The notes under the pieces: generated by a model | The model's input: only the letters and a program-made list of their open reading frames with translations | Told to the model about the DNA's origin: nothing | Database searches by the model: none | Position numbers and translations under genes: made by a program | From: an uncultured SAR86 cluster bacterium | GTDB taxonomy: Bacteria; Pseudomonadota; Gammaproteobacteria; Magnimaribacterales; D2472 | Direction: 5' to 3' | DNA: 64,000 nucleotides | Assembly (NCBI GenBank): GCA_902635645.1 | Contig: CACPON010000002.1 | Coordinates: 32,626-96,625 of the forward strand | In this document: positions 27,648 to 37,599 of the stretch, in pieces | Layout: each line of letters opens with the position of its first letter | Numbering within the stretch: position 1 is the first letter of the stretch

Positions 27648-28445
27648 TTAATTTAATTTATAAAATTCTTCTTCTCTTTTAACTTTATTTTCTCCAATAA
27701 GTTTTATCAAGTGTGCCTCCAAGCTAAATTTTGCAATAGGATGAAGCTGTTCTGGGACGTCATCATATACATATTTAACAAGCTCATTGATTGTATTCTT
27801 CCCAAAATCTTCAAGTTTTCTTAAAGTTTTGCTTTCTCTTGCTAGCCTATGCCTGATTATTGATTGAATTGTTTTCTTTGGTTCGTGCATAAAATTTCCA
27901 TGGCCTGGTGCAAAAAAATCAATCTGTAAGGTTAATAAACGTTTCAAAGAATTAAGATAGTCATCCATATTTCCATCTGGAGGGCCTATGACAACAGTTG
28001 ATCCATCCATAATATGATCACCGGTTATTAGACAATTTAAATTTTTTATTAAGAAGCAAAAATGATTTGATGCGTGTCCAGGAGTATGGATAGCTTCTAG
28101 TATATATTCTTCTGTTTCTATTTTATCTAAATCTTTTAATACCACATCTGGAGAAAACGTTTCATCTTCCCATGATGAATCTCCGTCAACTAATCTTCCA
28201 TACATAGGAACATTTAATATTTTTGAAATAGGCAAAGCTGCTGGAGAGTGATCGGTATGAGTATGGGTGACTACGATCCTTTTAATATTTCCATCACCCA
28301 ATTTAATAATCTCATCAATATGCTCTTGTATATTTGGGCCTGGATCAATCAAAGTAATATCTTTATTGCCAATTAAATAGGTGTTAGTTCCCTGTCCAGT
28401 GAAAACACTAGGGTTTGGAGCGGTAATTTTTTTTATCAGGTCCAT
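27648..28445 (-). CDS. MBL-fold metallo-hydrolase
   Basis: 265 aa. HTHTDH zinc motif plus downstream HTPGH and GDH ligands. Confidence 0.8.
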   Translation of the reverse strand: MDLIKKITAPNPSVFTGQGTNTYLIGNKDITLIDPGPNIQEHIDEIIKLGDGNIKRIVVTHTHTDHSPAALPISKILNVPMYGRLVDGDSSWEDETFSPDVVLKDLDKIETEEYILEAIHTPGHASNHFCFLIKNLNCLITGDHIMDGSTVVIGPPDGNMDDYLNSLKRLLTLQIDFFAPGHGNFMHEPKKTIQSIIRHRLARESKTLRKLEDFGKNTINELVKYVYDDVPEQLHPIAKFSLEAHLIKLIGENKVKREEEFYKLN

Positions 28446-28454
28446 TATTCTATT

Positions 28455-29249
28455 TTAATAATTATCATAATCCTCGTCACCAGGTAGAAGTCCAACCCAC
28501 TTGCCTTCATTTTTAAAAAATTTAGGTAGTATTGATGGAATGTCATCATTCGTGAGCTTTGATTGATATTCTAATAATTTTTGTCCTGAATCAAACTCTA
28601 AGCATTGTTGAAGATTGCTTATTGTAGGCATTATCATTGGCATTTCACCATTCAATGATTTATCTAAAGCTTTCTTTGGACTGATCCAGACGCTATCTGT
28701 AAGCTCATTTCCATCATGTCTTTCGGTTTGCTTTGATGGTATATATGCAATGAAAAATCTTGTATCAAATCTCTTGATTTCTATCTCAGGAGTAATCCAA
28801 TGCGAGAACGGTTCAATATTATTTAAATTTAGTGATAAGTTTTCTTTTTTACATATTTCAAAAAGACTTATCTTGTTTTCTAGAAGCATCCTCCTGTAAT
28901 TGTCGAACTTATGCTTGTCTGCTCCATTTAGATCAAGTTCTTGCCCGTTATTTTTTTTTGCTAAAAGTATGCCAACTTCTTCAAAACACTCTCTAACACA
29001 AGCCACCCAGTACGATAATCCTCCTTCATTAACCCCCAGTTTTATGGATGCTTGTTCATCATTCAAGCCATTGCAAAAATTAGTAATATTAAGGTCTTTA
29101 TCAGATTCATCTATCTTCCCACCTGGAAAAACATAAAGATTTCCAAACGGCGGTCTTTTAGATCTTTTAACCATTAATACTTCTAATACATTATCGCAAT
29201 CTCTTACAAGAAGCACTGTGGCAGCCGGGGTTAGTGAAAGATTATTCAT
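28455..29249 (-). CDS. Nudix hydrolase
   Basis: 264 aa. Nudix box remnant GGKIDESD...RECFEEVGI. Confidence 0.75.
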   Translation of the reverse strand: MNNLSLTPAATVLLVRDCDNVLEVLMVKRSKRPPFGNLYVFPGGKIDESDKDLNITNFCNGLNDEQASIKLGVNEGGLSYWVACVRECFEEVGILLAKKNNGQELDLNGADKHKFDNYRRMLLENKISLFEICKKENLSLNLNNIEPFSHWITPEIEIKRFDTRFFIAYIPSKQTERHDGNELTDSVWISPKKALDKSLNGEMPMIMPTISNLQQCLEFDSGQKLLEYQSKLTNDDIPSILPKFFKNEGKWVGLLPGDEDYDNY

Positions 29250-29281
29250 AAATTTTTTTTATATGGCTTAGAATACTGTTT

Positions 29282-30163
29282 ATGCAAATAACTAACAATC
29301 TAAACGATGACATTCTTCATGCTCCAAAATGGTTTCACGAGTCCATCCAAGTAAAAGCAGAGGATTTAATTCATCAAGACCCACTTGGAAATCTTTCATA
29401 TTCTAAATGGCATTCAAAAACAAAAAACCTAATCATCTTTATTCATGGTACGGGTGCTCATAAAAAATGGTGGGATCCAATAGCTCCGCAACTAATCGAA
29501 TACTCAAATGTAATTGCTATTGATTTACCAGGAATGGGAAATTCAAGTTTTAGAACAGAATACAAAATAAAAGATTTTGGTGACTGTATAACAGCCCTAA
29601 TAAATAGAGAAAAAATAGAACATGGCATTGAGAATATTTATATCATAGGCCATTCACTAGGTGGTCATGTTGCAGGATATGTTGCTTCAGAGAATAAAGA
29701 TTTAATTGATAGTATTATTATCATAGATACCTTCATTAGACCTCCAGATTATGATCCCTCTCAGCATACTGGCCCACTTAGAATGATTAAGTTTTATCCA
29801 GATAAAATTTCAATCTTAAAAAGATTTCGATTAATGCCCAAACAAGAATGTGTTAATGATTGGTATTTAAGATACATAGCAGAGCATTCTATTAAAGAGA
29901 CACAAGAAGGATGGAGGTGGTGTTTTGATGATTTATTATTTACAAACCTCGAAAGGCTTTTTGGATATAATTTTTCATTTAACTGTCCTGCACTTTTTGT
30001 TCATGGAAAAGATAGCTTATTAACGTCTGGTTATTTTTTAGAAAATATTAAAAATACGTACTCAAACATTATGGACTTTGAAGAAGTTTCAGGCGCTGCT
30101 CATCATGTCCCACTAGATAAACCTATTGAATTGGTTAATATTATTAAGAGTAGGTTATTTTAA
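29282..30163 (+). CDS. Alpha/beta hydrolase
   Basis: 293 aa. HGTGAH oxyanion region, nucleophile elbow GHSLGG, C-terminal His (AAHHV). Confidence 0.8.
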   Translation: MQITNNLNDDILHAPKWFHESIQVKAEDLIHQDPLGNLSYSKWHSKTKNLIIFIHGTGAHKKWWDPIAPQLIEYSNVIAIDLPGMGNSSFRTEYKIKDFGDCITALINREKIEHGIENIYIIGHSLGGHVAGYVASENKDLIDSIIIIDTFIRPPDYDPSQHTGPLRMIKFYPDKISILKRFRLMPKQECVNDWYLRYIAEHSIKETQEGWRWCFDDLLFTNLERLFGYNFSFNCPALFVHGKDSLLTSGYFLENIKNTYSNIMDFEEVSGAAHHVPLDKPIELVNIIKSRLF

Positions 30164-30171
30164 TTTTGGGT

Positions 30172-31539
30172 ATGAATTATTTTTATTTCTTCTTTTTTCT
30201 TTTTTTATCTCTACTTTTGTGGGTTAAGCCACTAATTGTTTTTATTTGTAAGAAGATAGATGGGGCTCAAAACCTTCATATATTGGGAGGCCTTACCTTT
30301 TTAATAGGAATGGCAATGGTAATATTTTCTATAAATTCCGATTGGGCAGAAAGACTTTGGATTCTTCTTACTTTGATAGTGGGCATTCTTTTATGTATTA
30401 GAGGTTTGGTCGTTATTTTCTTTTTAGAAAAAATAAAAAAGATACTTCCCCTATATTTAAAACATTATTATAAATTTAGTATTCCAATATCAGTAGTAAT
30501 GATTTCATTGGCGCTTTTTACTGTTATAACTGACTACATCGGGCCTCAAAAAAATATTAGCGAGTGTAAATCAGATGATGCTATTTCGGTAATATGTGGA
30601 GTTTCAAATCCAGAAGATATTGTAGTTACTCCCGATAATAAATATCTTTTAATTTCTGAGTTCGGCGGTATTCGTCCTTATGACTCAACGAAATCAGGAG
30701 GGTTTGCGCTATTGAGATTATCTGATAACAAAATAATTACACCAAAAATTTCTTTTGGTAAAAATATCTGGGGCGAAGATTCTTGCAAGCAAAATGATAT
30801 ATTTGGCCCGCATGGTATAGATCTTGTTCAAAGGGAGGATGGCAGTTACCAGCTTGGCGTTATAAACCATTATCCTGGTGAAACTATAGAGATGTTTGAG
30901 TTAGTTCAAAAGTCTGAGCACGATACATGGTCATTTGTCTGGAGAGGTTGTATTGAGGTTCCAGAAAAATACTATCTTAATGATATTGCCTTAAAAAAAG
31001 ATGGCACCTTCTATGTATCCCATATGTATTCAAGAGATATTACTATGACAAAGTGGCTAATAACCGCTCTACTTAAAAAAGATTCTGGTGTCATCCTTGA
31101 GTGGAATAAAGATAGTTTTATAGAGATTCCAAACTCTGAAGGTAGTGGTCCAAATGGTATAACTTTAAATGAATCAACTAATAATTTATTTATAAGTTAC
31201 AACCAAGGAGATCGAGTTGTGAAATTTGATCTATCAGACAATAAAAAACTGCAAACTTTTAAAGTAGAGTCTCCAGATAATATTTACATAAATAAAGATT
31301 CTGTTTGGCTCACATCATTAGATTTTCAGCCAAATGATGCAGGAGACTGTATTGAAAGACCCGCATGCTCATTGCCTTTCTCTATTTATGAAATAGATAG
31401 AGAAACTTTTGTTCTCAAAAATAAAAATTCTTTTAATAAAACTGTTTTTGGGCTCCCAACAATAGCTCTTCCAATTGAAAATGGAATCATCATGGGTTCC
31501 TTCCATTCAGACAGGCTTGGCTACTTCACTCAAAAGTAA
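30172..31539 (+). CDS. Membrane-anchored six-bladed beta-propeller protein (SMP-30/gluconolactonase/paraoxonase-like)
   Basis: About 125 aa with four hydrophobic segments, then propeller-like repeats (GPHGIDL, GPNGITLNES). The fold call rests on motif resemblance only. Confidence 0.55.
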   Translation: MNYFYFFFFLFLSLLLWVKPLIVFICKKIDGAQNLHILGGLTFLIGMAMVIFSINSDWAERLWILLTLIVGILLCIRGLVVIFFLEKIKKILPLYLKHYYKFSIPISVVMISLALFTVITDYIGPQKNISECKSDDAISVICGVSNPEDIVVTPDNKYLLISEFGGIRPYDSTKSGGFALLRLSDNKIITPKISFGKNIWGEDSCKQNDIFGPHGIDLVQREDGSYQLGVINHYPGETIEMFELVQKSEHDTWSFVWRGCIEVPEKYYLNDIALKKDGTFYVSHMYSRDITMTKWLITALLKKDSGVILEWNKDSFIEIPNSEGSGPNGITLNESTNNLFISYNQGDRVVKFDLSDNKKLQTFKVESPDNIYINKDSVWLTSLDFQPNDAGDCIERPACSLPFSIYEIDRETFVLKNKNSFNKTVFGLPTIALPIENGIIMGSFHSDRLGYFTQK

Positions 31540-31543
31540 AATT

Positions 31544-32371
31544 ATGAAAAAGAATTTTACTTTTGAAAATTTACAGATTGCCATACCAAAAAGAAAATCA
31601 AACTCCCATAAAGGTTTAAATGGTAGAGTTCTTGTAATAGCTGGATCTAAAGGGCTTGGTGGGGCTGGAATAATGGCATCTGAAGCAAGTCTATATTCTG
31701 GAGCAGGATTAGTGACTCTGCACACACACAAATCAAATTTAGAGGCTTCTCTTATAAGAAATCCAGAAGTAATGGCGTTGGGAATTAGTAAATTTTTTCC
31801 TATATCAGAAAACGTTAATGTAATTCTATATGGTCCTGGAATGCAAAATGATGAATGGTCTAATAAGATGCTAGAACATCTTCATAACCTTCCTAAAGAA
31901 TCAAACTTGATAATTGATGCTGGAGGCCTGCAACATCTAAAAAATCAAAATCTAACAATTTCAAATAAAACCATTCTCACCCCTCATCCGGGTGAAGCTA
32001 GTAATTTGCTTGGTATACCCATAAGTGAAATACAACAAAATAGAGAAAAGACGGCAAGAATAATTTCAGAAAAATTTAATTCTTCTTGTGTAATTTTAAA
32101 AGGTAATAAAACTGTTGTTTACTTTAAAGACAAAAGAGAAACCTTTGTATGTGAGGATGGTGGACCTGAACTATCAACAGGTGGAACGGGAGATATATTA
32201 TGTGGCGTTATTGGCGCTTTGCTTGCTCAGGGTCTCTCATTACATGAAGCGAGCTTATTGGGTGTTGCAGTTCATGCTAAAGCTGGTGAAATTTTTGCTG
32301 ATAAAAATGGTGAAATTGGTTTAAATGCTACTGCAATAATTCCTATAATAAGAAAACTTTTAAATAAATGA
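31544..32371 (+). CDS. nnrD: ADP-dependent NAD(P)H-hydrate dehydratase (YjeF C-terminal domain only)
   Basis: KGLNGRVLVIAGS...GGAGIMA and TGGTGDILCG motifs. ATG at 31544 (MKKNF). No fused epimerase domain. Confidence 0.85.
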   Translation: MKKNFTFENLQIAIPKRKSNSHKGLNGRVLVIAGSKGLGGAGIMASEASLYSGAGLVTLHTHKSNLEASLIRNPEVMALGISKFFPISENVNVILYGPGMQNDEWSNKMLEHLHNLPKESNLIIDAGGLQHLKNQNLTISNKTILTPHPGEASNLLGIPISEIQQNREKTARIISEKFNSSCVILKGNKTVVYFKDKRETFVCEDGGPELSTGGTGDILCGVIGALLAQGLSLHEASLLGVAVHAKAGEIFADKNGEIGLNATAIIPIIRKLLNK

Positions 32372-32829
32372 AAAATCTAATTCTGGAAAATGATGGCGCT
32401 ACCGAAAAACTTGGCCAAAAAATTTCTGAAATAATAAAAAGTTCTGATAAGCAAAATATTGAAATTCATCTTCAAGGCGATTTGGGTGCCGGAAAAACTT
32501 TTATAACTAGATCAATTATTAAAAGTTGTGGCTGGGATGATTTAGTTAAAAGTCCAACCTATACCCTTTGTGAAGAATATGATTTAGATGAGTTTCTTTT
32601 TTTACATATAGATCTTTATAGAACTAATGAAGCTCAAGACATAGATATTTTTAACTTAGATAGAGTTTTATATAAGAAGAAAATTATTTTAATTGAATGG
32701 CCAGAAAGGCTTCAGCTTGATAGAAAATATGATTTAAAAATTGATTTTTTTCATTTAGAAAATAAGCGTAAAATTAACATTACCATCGGTACCGATGTTT
32801 TTAAAACTCTAGAAGCAAAATATGAATAA
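32368..32829 (+). CDS. tsaE: tRNA threonylcarbamoyladenosine biosynthesis ATPase TsaE
   Basis: 153 aa. P-loop GDLGAGKTFITR, SPTYTL motif. Conserved nnr-tsaE-amidase order. Confidence 0.85.
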   Translation: MKNLILENDGATEKLGQKISEIIKSSDKQNIEIHLQGDLGAGKTFITRSIIKSCGWDDLVKSPTYTLCEEYDLDEFLFLHIDLYRTNEAQDIDIFNLDRVLYKKKIILIEWPERLQLDRKYDLKIDFFHLENKRKINITIGTDVFKTLEAKYE

Positions 32830-34072
32830 GTTTTTACCATTATTAATTTTTACTTATTTCATTCATGCTAATGAGATTCAATTTAATAGCATTGATGAGT
32901 ATAAAGATGGAACTCTAAATATTTCATTTAATTTAGAACAAGTGGCATATATAAATTCTTATGCCTTAGAGAACCCTTCAAGACTGGTGTTAGAAATTAA
33001 TGATACATATTCTAAAAAACCAATAAATGAAATTTATAACTACCCCATTAAAAAAATAAGATCTTCTCAAGATAATAATCTTACAAGAGTGGTTATTGAT
33101 TTATATGATCATGTTTTTTGGCACAAGCCAATACAAAAACAAGTAGATTCCGGCATTCTTATGGACATTAAGCTGCTTAAAGATAAATCTTTAAAAGAAA
33201 ATATGAGAGATATTATTGTTGCAATTGATGCTGGGCATGGAGGGAAATATCCAGGAGCTGTTGGACCAAATAACATATTAGAAAAAGACGTAACATTGCT
33301 CATTGCAAAAGAGATTGAAAGAACGCTAAGAGATACAAAGGGCTATCAGCCAATAATGATAAGAGATGGCGATCACACTATTAGCCTTAATGATAGATAT
33401 CAAGATGCGCGTAAAAATGGAGCAGATATTTTTATTTCTATTCATGCCGATGGTTTTAGACTTTCTTCAGTAAAAGGCGCATCAGTTTTTATATGGTCTG
33501 AAGAAGCCTCCAGCACTATTGCAAGAAATTTGTCTGATAAAAAGAGAGAGCGAATTTTGGCAGAAATTAACAATTTAAAACCAACTGACTTCAATGAAGA
33601 TTTAGCAAGAGAGCTATATCCAGATGTTTATGAAAAAAAGATTAAACAAAGCAAAATTCTTGGAACAAAAATATTAGACCAACTCAAAAGAGATCCGTTT
33701 ACTAAAATTCATAAAAAAAATGTTGAGTATGCTGACTTTAGAGTTCTTAAATCGATTGATATACCATCTGTTTTAGTGGAGTCAGGATTTATTACTAATC
33801 CTGAAGATGCTGCCAGATTGAAGAGAAAACCAGGAAGAAGAATGATTGCAAGATCTATCTTTCTTGGACTACATAATTATTTTATAGAAAACCCTATATC
33901 AGGCACTCTAATAAATGAGAATAAAGATTATCTTGAATATACAATTCAAAAAGGTGACGTTCTTTCAGAGATTGCTATTAGATTTGGTGTTACCGTAGAT
34001 TCAATTGATGAAAAAAATAAATTAAATAATAAACCAATATATCCTGGTCAAATATTAAGGATATATATCTAA
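32822..34072 (+). CDS. amiB: N-acetylmuramoyl-L-alanine amidase (AMIN + Amidase_3 + LysM)
   Basis: 416 aa. Catalytic IDAGHGG...SIHADG, C-terminal LysM (YTIQKGDVLSEIAIRFGV). The symbol rests on synteny only. Confidence 0.8.
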   Translation: MNKFLPLLIFTYFIHANEIQFNSIDEYKDGTLNISFNLEQVAYINSYALENPSRLVLEINDTYSKKPINEIYNYPIKKIRSSQDNNLTRVVIDLYDHVFWHKPIQKQVDSGILMDIKLLKDKSLKENMRDIIVAIDAGHGGKYPGAVGPNNILEKDVTLLIAKEIERTLRDTKGYQPIMIRDGDHTISLNDRYQDARKNGADIFISIHADGFRLSSVKGASVFIWSEEASSTIARNLSDKKRERILAEINNLKPTDFNEDLARELYPDVYEKKIKQSKILGTKILDQLKRDPFTKIHKKNVEYADFRVLKSIDIPSVLVESGFITNPEDAARLKRKPGRRMIARSIFLGLHNYFIENPISGTLINENKDYLEYTIQKGDVLSEIAIRFGVTVDSIDEKNKLNNKPIYPGQILRIYI

Positions 34073-36057
34073 TTAATATCTATTGGGTCTATATCAAAAG
34101 ACCATTTAACCTTCTTTGCCTCTGGCCAACTTTCAAACTCCTTTACTAAAAACTTTAAAACTTTGTTTAGGTAAGTCCTTTTAGGGGTCTGTACATATAT
34201 GTTATGCCTATAATTACCATTTGCTTTTGCAATCATAGATGGAATTGGTCCAATGACATATATATCATTTCTATTGGTTAATTTATTAATAGCTTTTTCT
34301 AAGAAAGCCAAATTACTCTTTTGTGTTGGCGATGAGCATCTTATTAAGCACATTGCAGCATATGGAGGAAGATTATTTTTTTTATTTCTTTTAAGGCATT
34401 GAGATGCAAAATTCATATAATTTCCGGTCTTTATTTGACCTAGATTTATATCATCAGGATATCTTGTTTGTATTATTACTTTAGCAAGTTTGTTATTTCT
34501 TCCTGCTCTGCCTGATACTTGAATAAGTAGCTGTGAAATTTTTTCTAGAGCGTTTATTTCAGGGCTTACTAATCCATTATCTGCATTGAGAATAATGCTT
34601 AAAGATACTCTAGGAAAATCATGTCCTTTTGCAAGCATTTGAGTACCAACAAGAATTGCTGATTCTGAAGAATTAATTTCGTTGATAATATCATCCATCG
34701 CTCCAACCTTTTTTGTTGTATCGTGATCAACTCTTATGATTGGTACTTTTTTAAAATTTGTTCTTAAAACCTCTTCAACTTGCTCCGTTCCAGTTCCATA
34801 CATTTGAAAATTAGTAGATTTACATGATGGGCATGATTCATTAACTTTATAAGCTGATTCACATCTATGACAAATAAGTCTGTTTCTTTCTTGGTGATAC
34901 ACAAGATTTGAATCACAAGATTTACAATCAGCAACCCATCCACATGATTCACATTGAAATATTGGTGCAAACCCTCTTCTATTTATGAAAATTAGGACTT
35001 GCTCTTTCTTATTTAAAGTTCTCTCAATAATGTTAAGGGTTTCGGATGCAATGCCACCAATTAAAGGAGTGTCATTAATATCCATTGCAATAAGTTTTGG
35101 AGGATTTTTTCCATCTACTCTGGTTAACATATCAATTTTTTTATATTTCTTTTCTTCCACCAATCTTAATGTTTGTAAAGAAGGTGTTGCTGATCCGAGC
35201 ACAATAGGAATATTTTCTTCTTGAGCTCTTTTTATGCCGATATCTCTTGCAGAAAATTTAAACCCTTCTGATTGTCTATAAGATTGATCATGCTCCTCAT
35301 CTATTACAATTAATCCTATATTTTTCATTGGCATTAATACTGCGGATCTTGTTCCAATCACTATCTTAATATTGCCAAATCTAGCCTTTAGCCAAACTTT
35401 TAGTCGCTGGGTTGGGGTTTGTTTAGAATGATAGAGCCCTATCTCACCATTAAATCTAGATGTAAATCTATTAAATAATTGCGGGGTTAAATTTATTTCA
35501 GGAACTAAAATAAGTGCAGATTTGCCAACCTTAATGCAGTTTTCTACTAGTCTTAGGTAAACCTCAGTTTTTCCTGAGCCAGTAACACCATATAACAGGG
35601 ATGGTTGAAAACTATTTAACTTTAAAAGTTGTTTTAAAGCCTTTGATTGATCAGGGGTTAAATCAAATCTTTTTTGTTTTTCATTTATGGATATTTGATA
35701 AGAATCCTCGACCGCAAGAGGTTCTATTACTTTATTGTTTATTTTCCTGAGTTGATTAGGAATAAAGGTATTACAAACCTCACCAATGGGGTGATGATAA
35801 TACTCAGACGACCATAAAATAGTATTAAAAATCGATTTATTGAAAACAGGGTATGTATCTATTAAAGAAATTATCTTTTTAATCTCAATATTATTTTCTA
35901 TGGCTGCTGTGGATTTTTTAATGACAAGTCCAATGACTTTTCTATTTCCAAAAGGGACGAGAACACGGCTACCTTTCTTAATTTTTAAGTCAGAGCTGTA
36001 TGTAAAACATTGTCTTAGAGGTACTGAAATAGCTACATCATAGAAAAAAATATTCAT
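34069..36057 (-). CDS. priA: Primosomal replication restart helicase PriA
   Basis: Walker [15 protein letters not shown] box, zinc-binding CxxC clusters (CESCGW...CKSCDS...CHRCES...CPSC). ATG at 36057 preferred over the TTG at 36102. Confidence 0.95.
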   Translation of the reverse strand: MNIFFYDVAISVPLRQCFTYSSDLKIKKGSRVLVPFGNRKVIGLVIKKSTAAIENNIEIKKIISLIDTYPVFNKSIFNTILWSSEYYHHPIGEVCNTFIPNQLRKINNKVIEPLAVEDSYQISINEKQKRFDLTPDQSKALKQLLKLNSFQPSLLYGVTGSGKTEVYLRLVENCIKVGKSALILVPEINLTPQLFNRFTSRFNGEIGLYHSKQTPTQRLKVWLKARFGNIKIVIGTRSAVLMPMKNIGLIVIDEEHDQSYRQSEGFKFSARDIGIKRAQEENIPIVLGSATPSLQTLRLVEEKKYKKIDMLTRVDGKNPPKLIAMDINDTPLIGGIASETLNIIERTLNKKEQVLIFINRRGFAPIFQCESCGWVADCKSCDSNLVYHQERNRLICHRCESAYKVNESCPSCKSTNFQMYGTGTEQVEEVLRTNFKKVPIIRVDHDTTKKVGAMDDIINEINSSESAILVGTQMLAKGHDFPRVSLSIILNADNGLVSPEINALEKISQLLIQVSGRAGRNNKLAKVIIQTRYPDDINLGQIKTGNYMNFASQCLKRNKKNNLPPYAAMCLIRCSSPTQKSNLAFLEKAINKLTNRNDIYVIGPIPSMIAKANGNYRHNIYVQTPKRTYLNKVLKFLVKEFESWPEAKKVKWSFDIDPIDIN

Positions 36058-36116
36058 TTTTTGATTGTAAAGAAATTGTTTTTTGTTATAGTTCTCATCC
36101 AAATTTTGATTTTATT

Positions 36117-36365
36117 ATGAAAAAAGATATACATCCCGAATACAGAGAAGTTTTGTTCCATGACTCTAGTGCTGATAAGTATTGGATCATTCGTTCAACC
36201 TTAGAAACTACTGAAACAAAAAAATGGGAAGATGGAAATACATATCCCTATTTTCCTCTTGATATATCTTCTGCTTCTCATCCTTTCTATACTGGTACCC
36301 AAAAAATTATTGATACTGGTGGAAGAGTGCAGAAATTCGAAGAAAGATTTGGTAAAAAGAAGTAA
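36117..36365 (+). CDS. rpmE2: 50S ribosomal protein L31, type B (Cys-less)
   Basis: [18 protein letters not shown]...SHPFYTG. No CxxC zinc ligands. 82 aa. Confidence 0.9.
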   Translation: MKKDIHPEYREVLFHDSSADKYWIIRSTLETTETKKWEDGNTYPYFPLDISSASHPFYTGTQKIIDTGGRVQKFEERFGKKK

Positions 36366-36370
36366 GCCAA

Positions 36371-36826
36371 TCAATTTAAGCCCGAGCTACCAAAACCCTT
36401 CTCGCCCCTTTCCGACTCTTTAAAATTTTCTACAATTTTAAATTTTGCCTGAACGACTGGCACAATTATCATTTGAGCAATCCTATCTCCTGGATTAATT
36501 TCAAAATCTTTATCAGATCTATTCCACGCAGGAACCATTAATTCGCCCTGATAATCTGAATCAATTAAACCAACTAAATTTCCCAATACAATACCTTTTT
36601 TTGATCCAAGCCCAGACCTTGGAACAACCAAAGCAGCTAAATTTGGATCTTCAAGATACATAGCAAAACCAATAGGCACCATGAAAGTGGTTCCCGCTGC
36701 CAGAAGAACTTTTTCTTCAATACATGCTCTTAAATCAATTCCTGCAGACCCTTTGGTCTCATATTTTGGAATTGGGATTGAATCTCCCATTAAAGGATTA
36801 ATAATTTTAATTTCAATATCTTTCAA
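36371..36826 (-). CDS. dut: dUTP diphosphatase
   Basis: 151 aa. [21 protein letters not shown]-terminal [11 protein letters not shown] motifs. Confidence 0.95.
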   Translation of the reverse strand: MKDIEIKIINPLMGDSIPIPKYETKGSAGIDLRACIEEKVLLAAGTTFMVPIGFAMYLEDPNLAALVVPRSGLGSKKGIVLGNLVGLIDSDYQGELMVPAWNRSDKDFEINPGDRIAQMIIVPVVQAKFKIVENFKESERGEKGFGSSGLN

Positions 36827-37317
36827 GATTTCAACTCCTTAGGCCTAAGGAATAATTTTAACTCACATTTATTTAATAATAAGTCTTTCCATTCTTTTTG
36901 TAGAATAATTTGAGCAAGAGTAGACGTGGGGTACTTAATGATACTTAGTCCTGTTAACTGCTCTAATAAAATATGCATAGTTGGGTTATGCCCAACAACA
37001 AGTACTGAATTTGCAGACTGATTAACATTGACTAATAAATCTATTATTGATTCATGATTACCATAATAAAGATCATCGTAGTATTTAGCATTTTTAATAT
37101 CAAAATCAAATCCATCTGCACATAAATCAAATGTTTCTTTGGTTCTATTTGCGCTACTACAAAGAACTTCATCTAGCTTAAAGTTATTTTTTTTTACATA
37201 ATCAGATATTAAAGAGATATCTTTAATTCCTCTGCTAGCAAGCCCCCTATCAAAATCTTGTTGACCCATGGTGCTCCAATCAGATTTTGCATGCCTTAAT
37301 AGAAAAATTTGTTTCAT
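36823..37317 (-). CDS. sixA: Histidine phosphatase family protein (SixA-like)
   Basis: 164 aa. N-terminal RHAKS catalytic motif and VGHNP. Confidence 0.65.
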   Translation of the reverse strand: MKQIFLLRHAKSDWSTMGQQDFDRGLASRGIKDISLISDYVKKNNFKLDEVLCSSANRTKETFDLCADGFDFDIKNAKYYDDLYYGNHESIIDLLVNVNQSANSVLVVGHNPTMHILLEQLTGLSIIKYPTSTLAQIILQKEWKDLLLNKCELKLFLRPKELKS

Positions 37318-37324
37318 AATAGTA

Positions 37325-37353
37325 TTGCTATGTTACTCAGTGTTCTATAAAAT
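37325..37353 (+). promoter_or_regulatory. Candidate sigma70 promoter for rpmB
   Basis: TTGCTA (37325-37330), 17-bp spacer, TAAAAT (37348-37353), 9 nt before the rpmB ATG. AT-rich background makes chance matches likely. Confidence 0.3.
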
Positions 37354-37362
37354 CGCGGTTCT

Positions 37363-37599
37363 ATGAGTAAAATATGTCAAGTAACAGGTAAGATACCACA
37401 GACTGGGAACAATGTTTCCCATGCTAAAAATAGAACAAAAAGGAAATTCTTTCCTAATCTTCATACGCATAAATTCTGGGTAGAATCTGAAAATAGGTTT
37501 GTGAACCTTAAGGTTTCTGCAAAAGGCATGAGGATAATCGATAAAAAAGGCATTAGCGTTGTCCTTAAAGAACTCAGAGCGAAAGGCCAAAAGATATAA
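37363..37599 (+). CDS. rpmB: 50S ribosomal protein L28
   Basis: [33 protein letters not shown], 78 aa. Confidence 0.95.
   Translation: MSKICQVTGKIPQTGNNVSHAKNRTKRKFFPNLHTHKFWVESENRFVNLKVSAKGMRIIDKKGISVVLKELRAKGQKI

Noticed and set aside
28615-29136. Two plus-strand ORFs (94 and 78 aa) inside the Nudix gene
   Set aside because: Both are antisense shadows with Ser/Leu/Phe-rich sequence and no motifs. The minus-strand frame carries the Nudix box.
37345-37590. 81-aa minus-strand ORF
   Set aside because: It is entirely antisense to the unmistakable L28 gene (rpmB).
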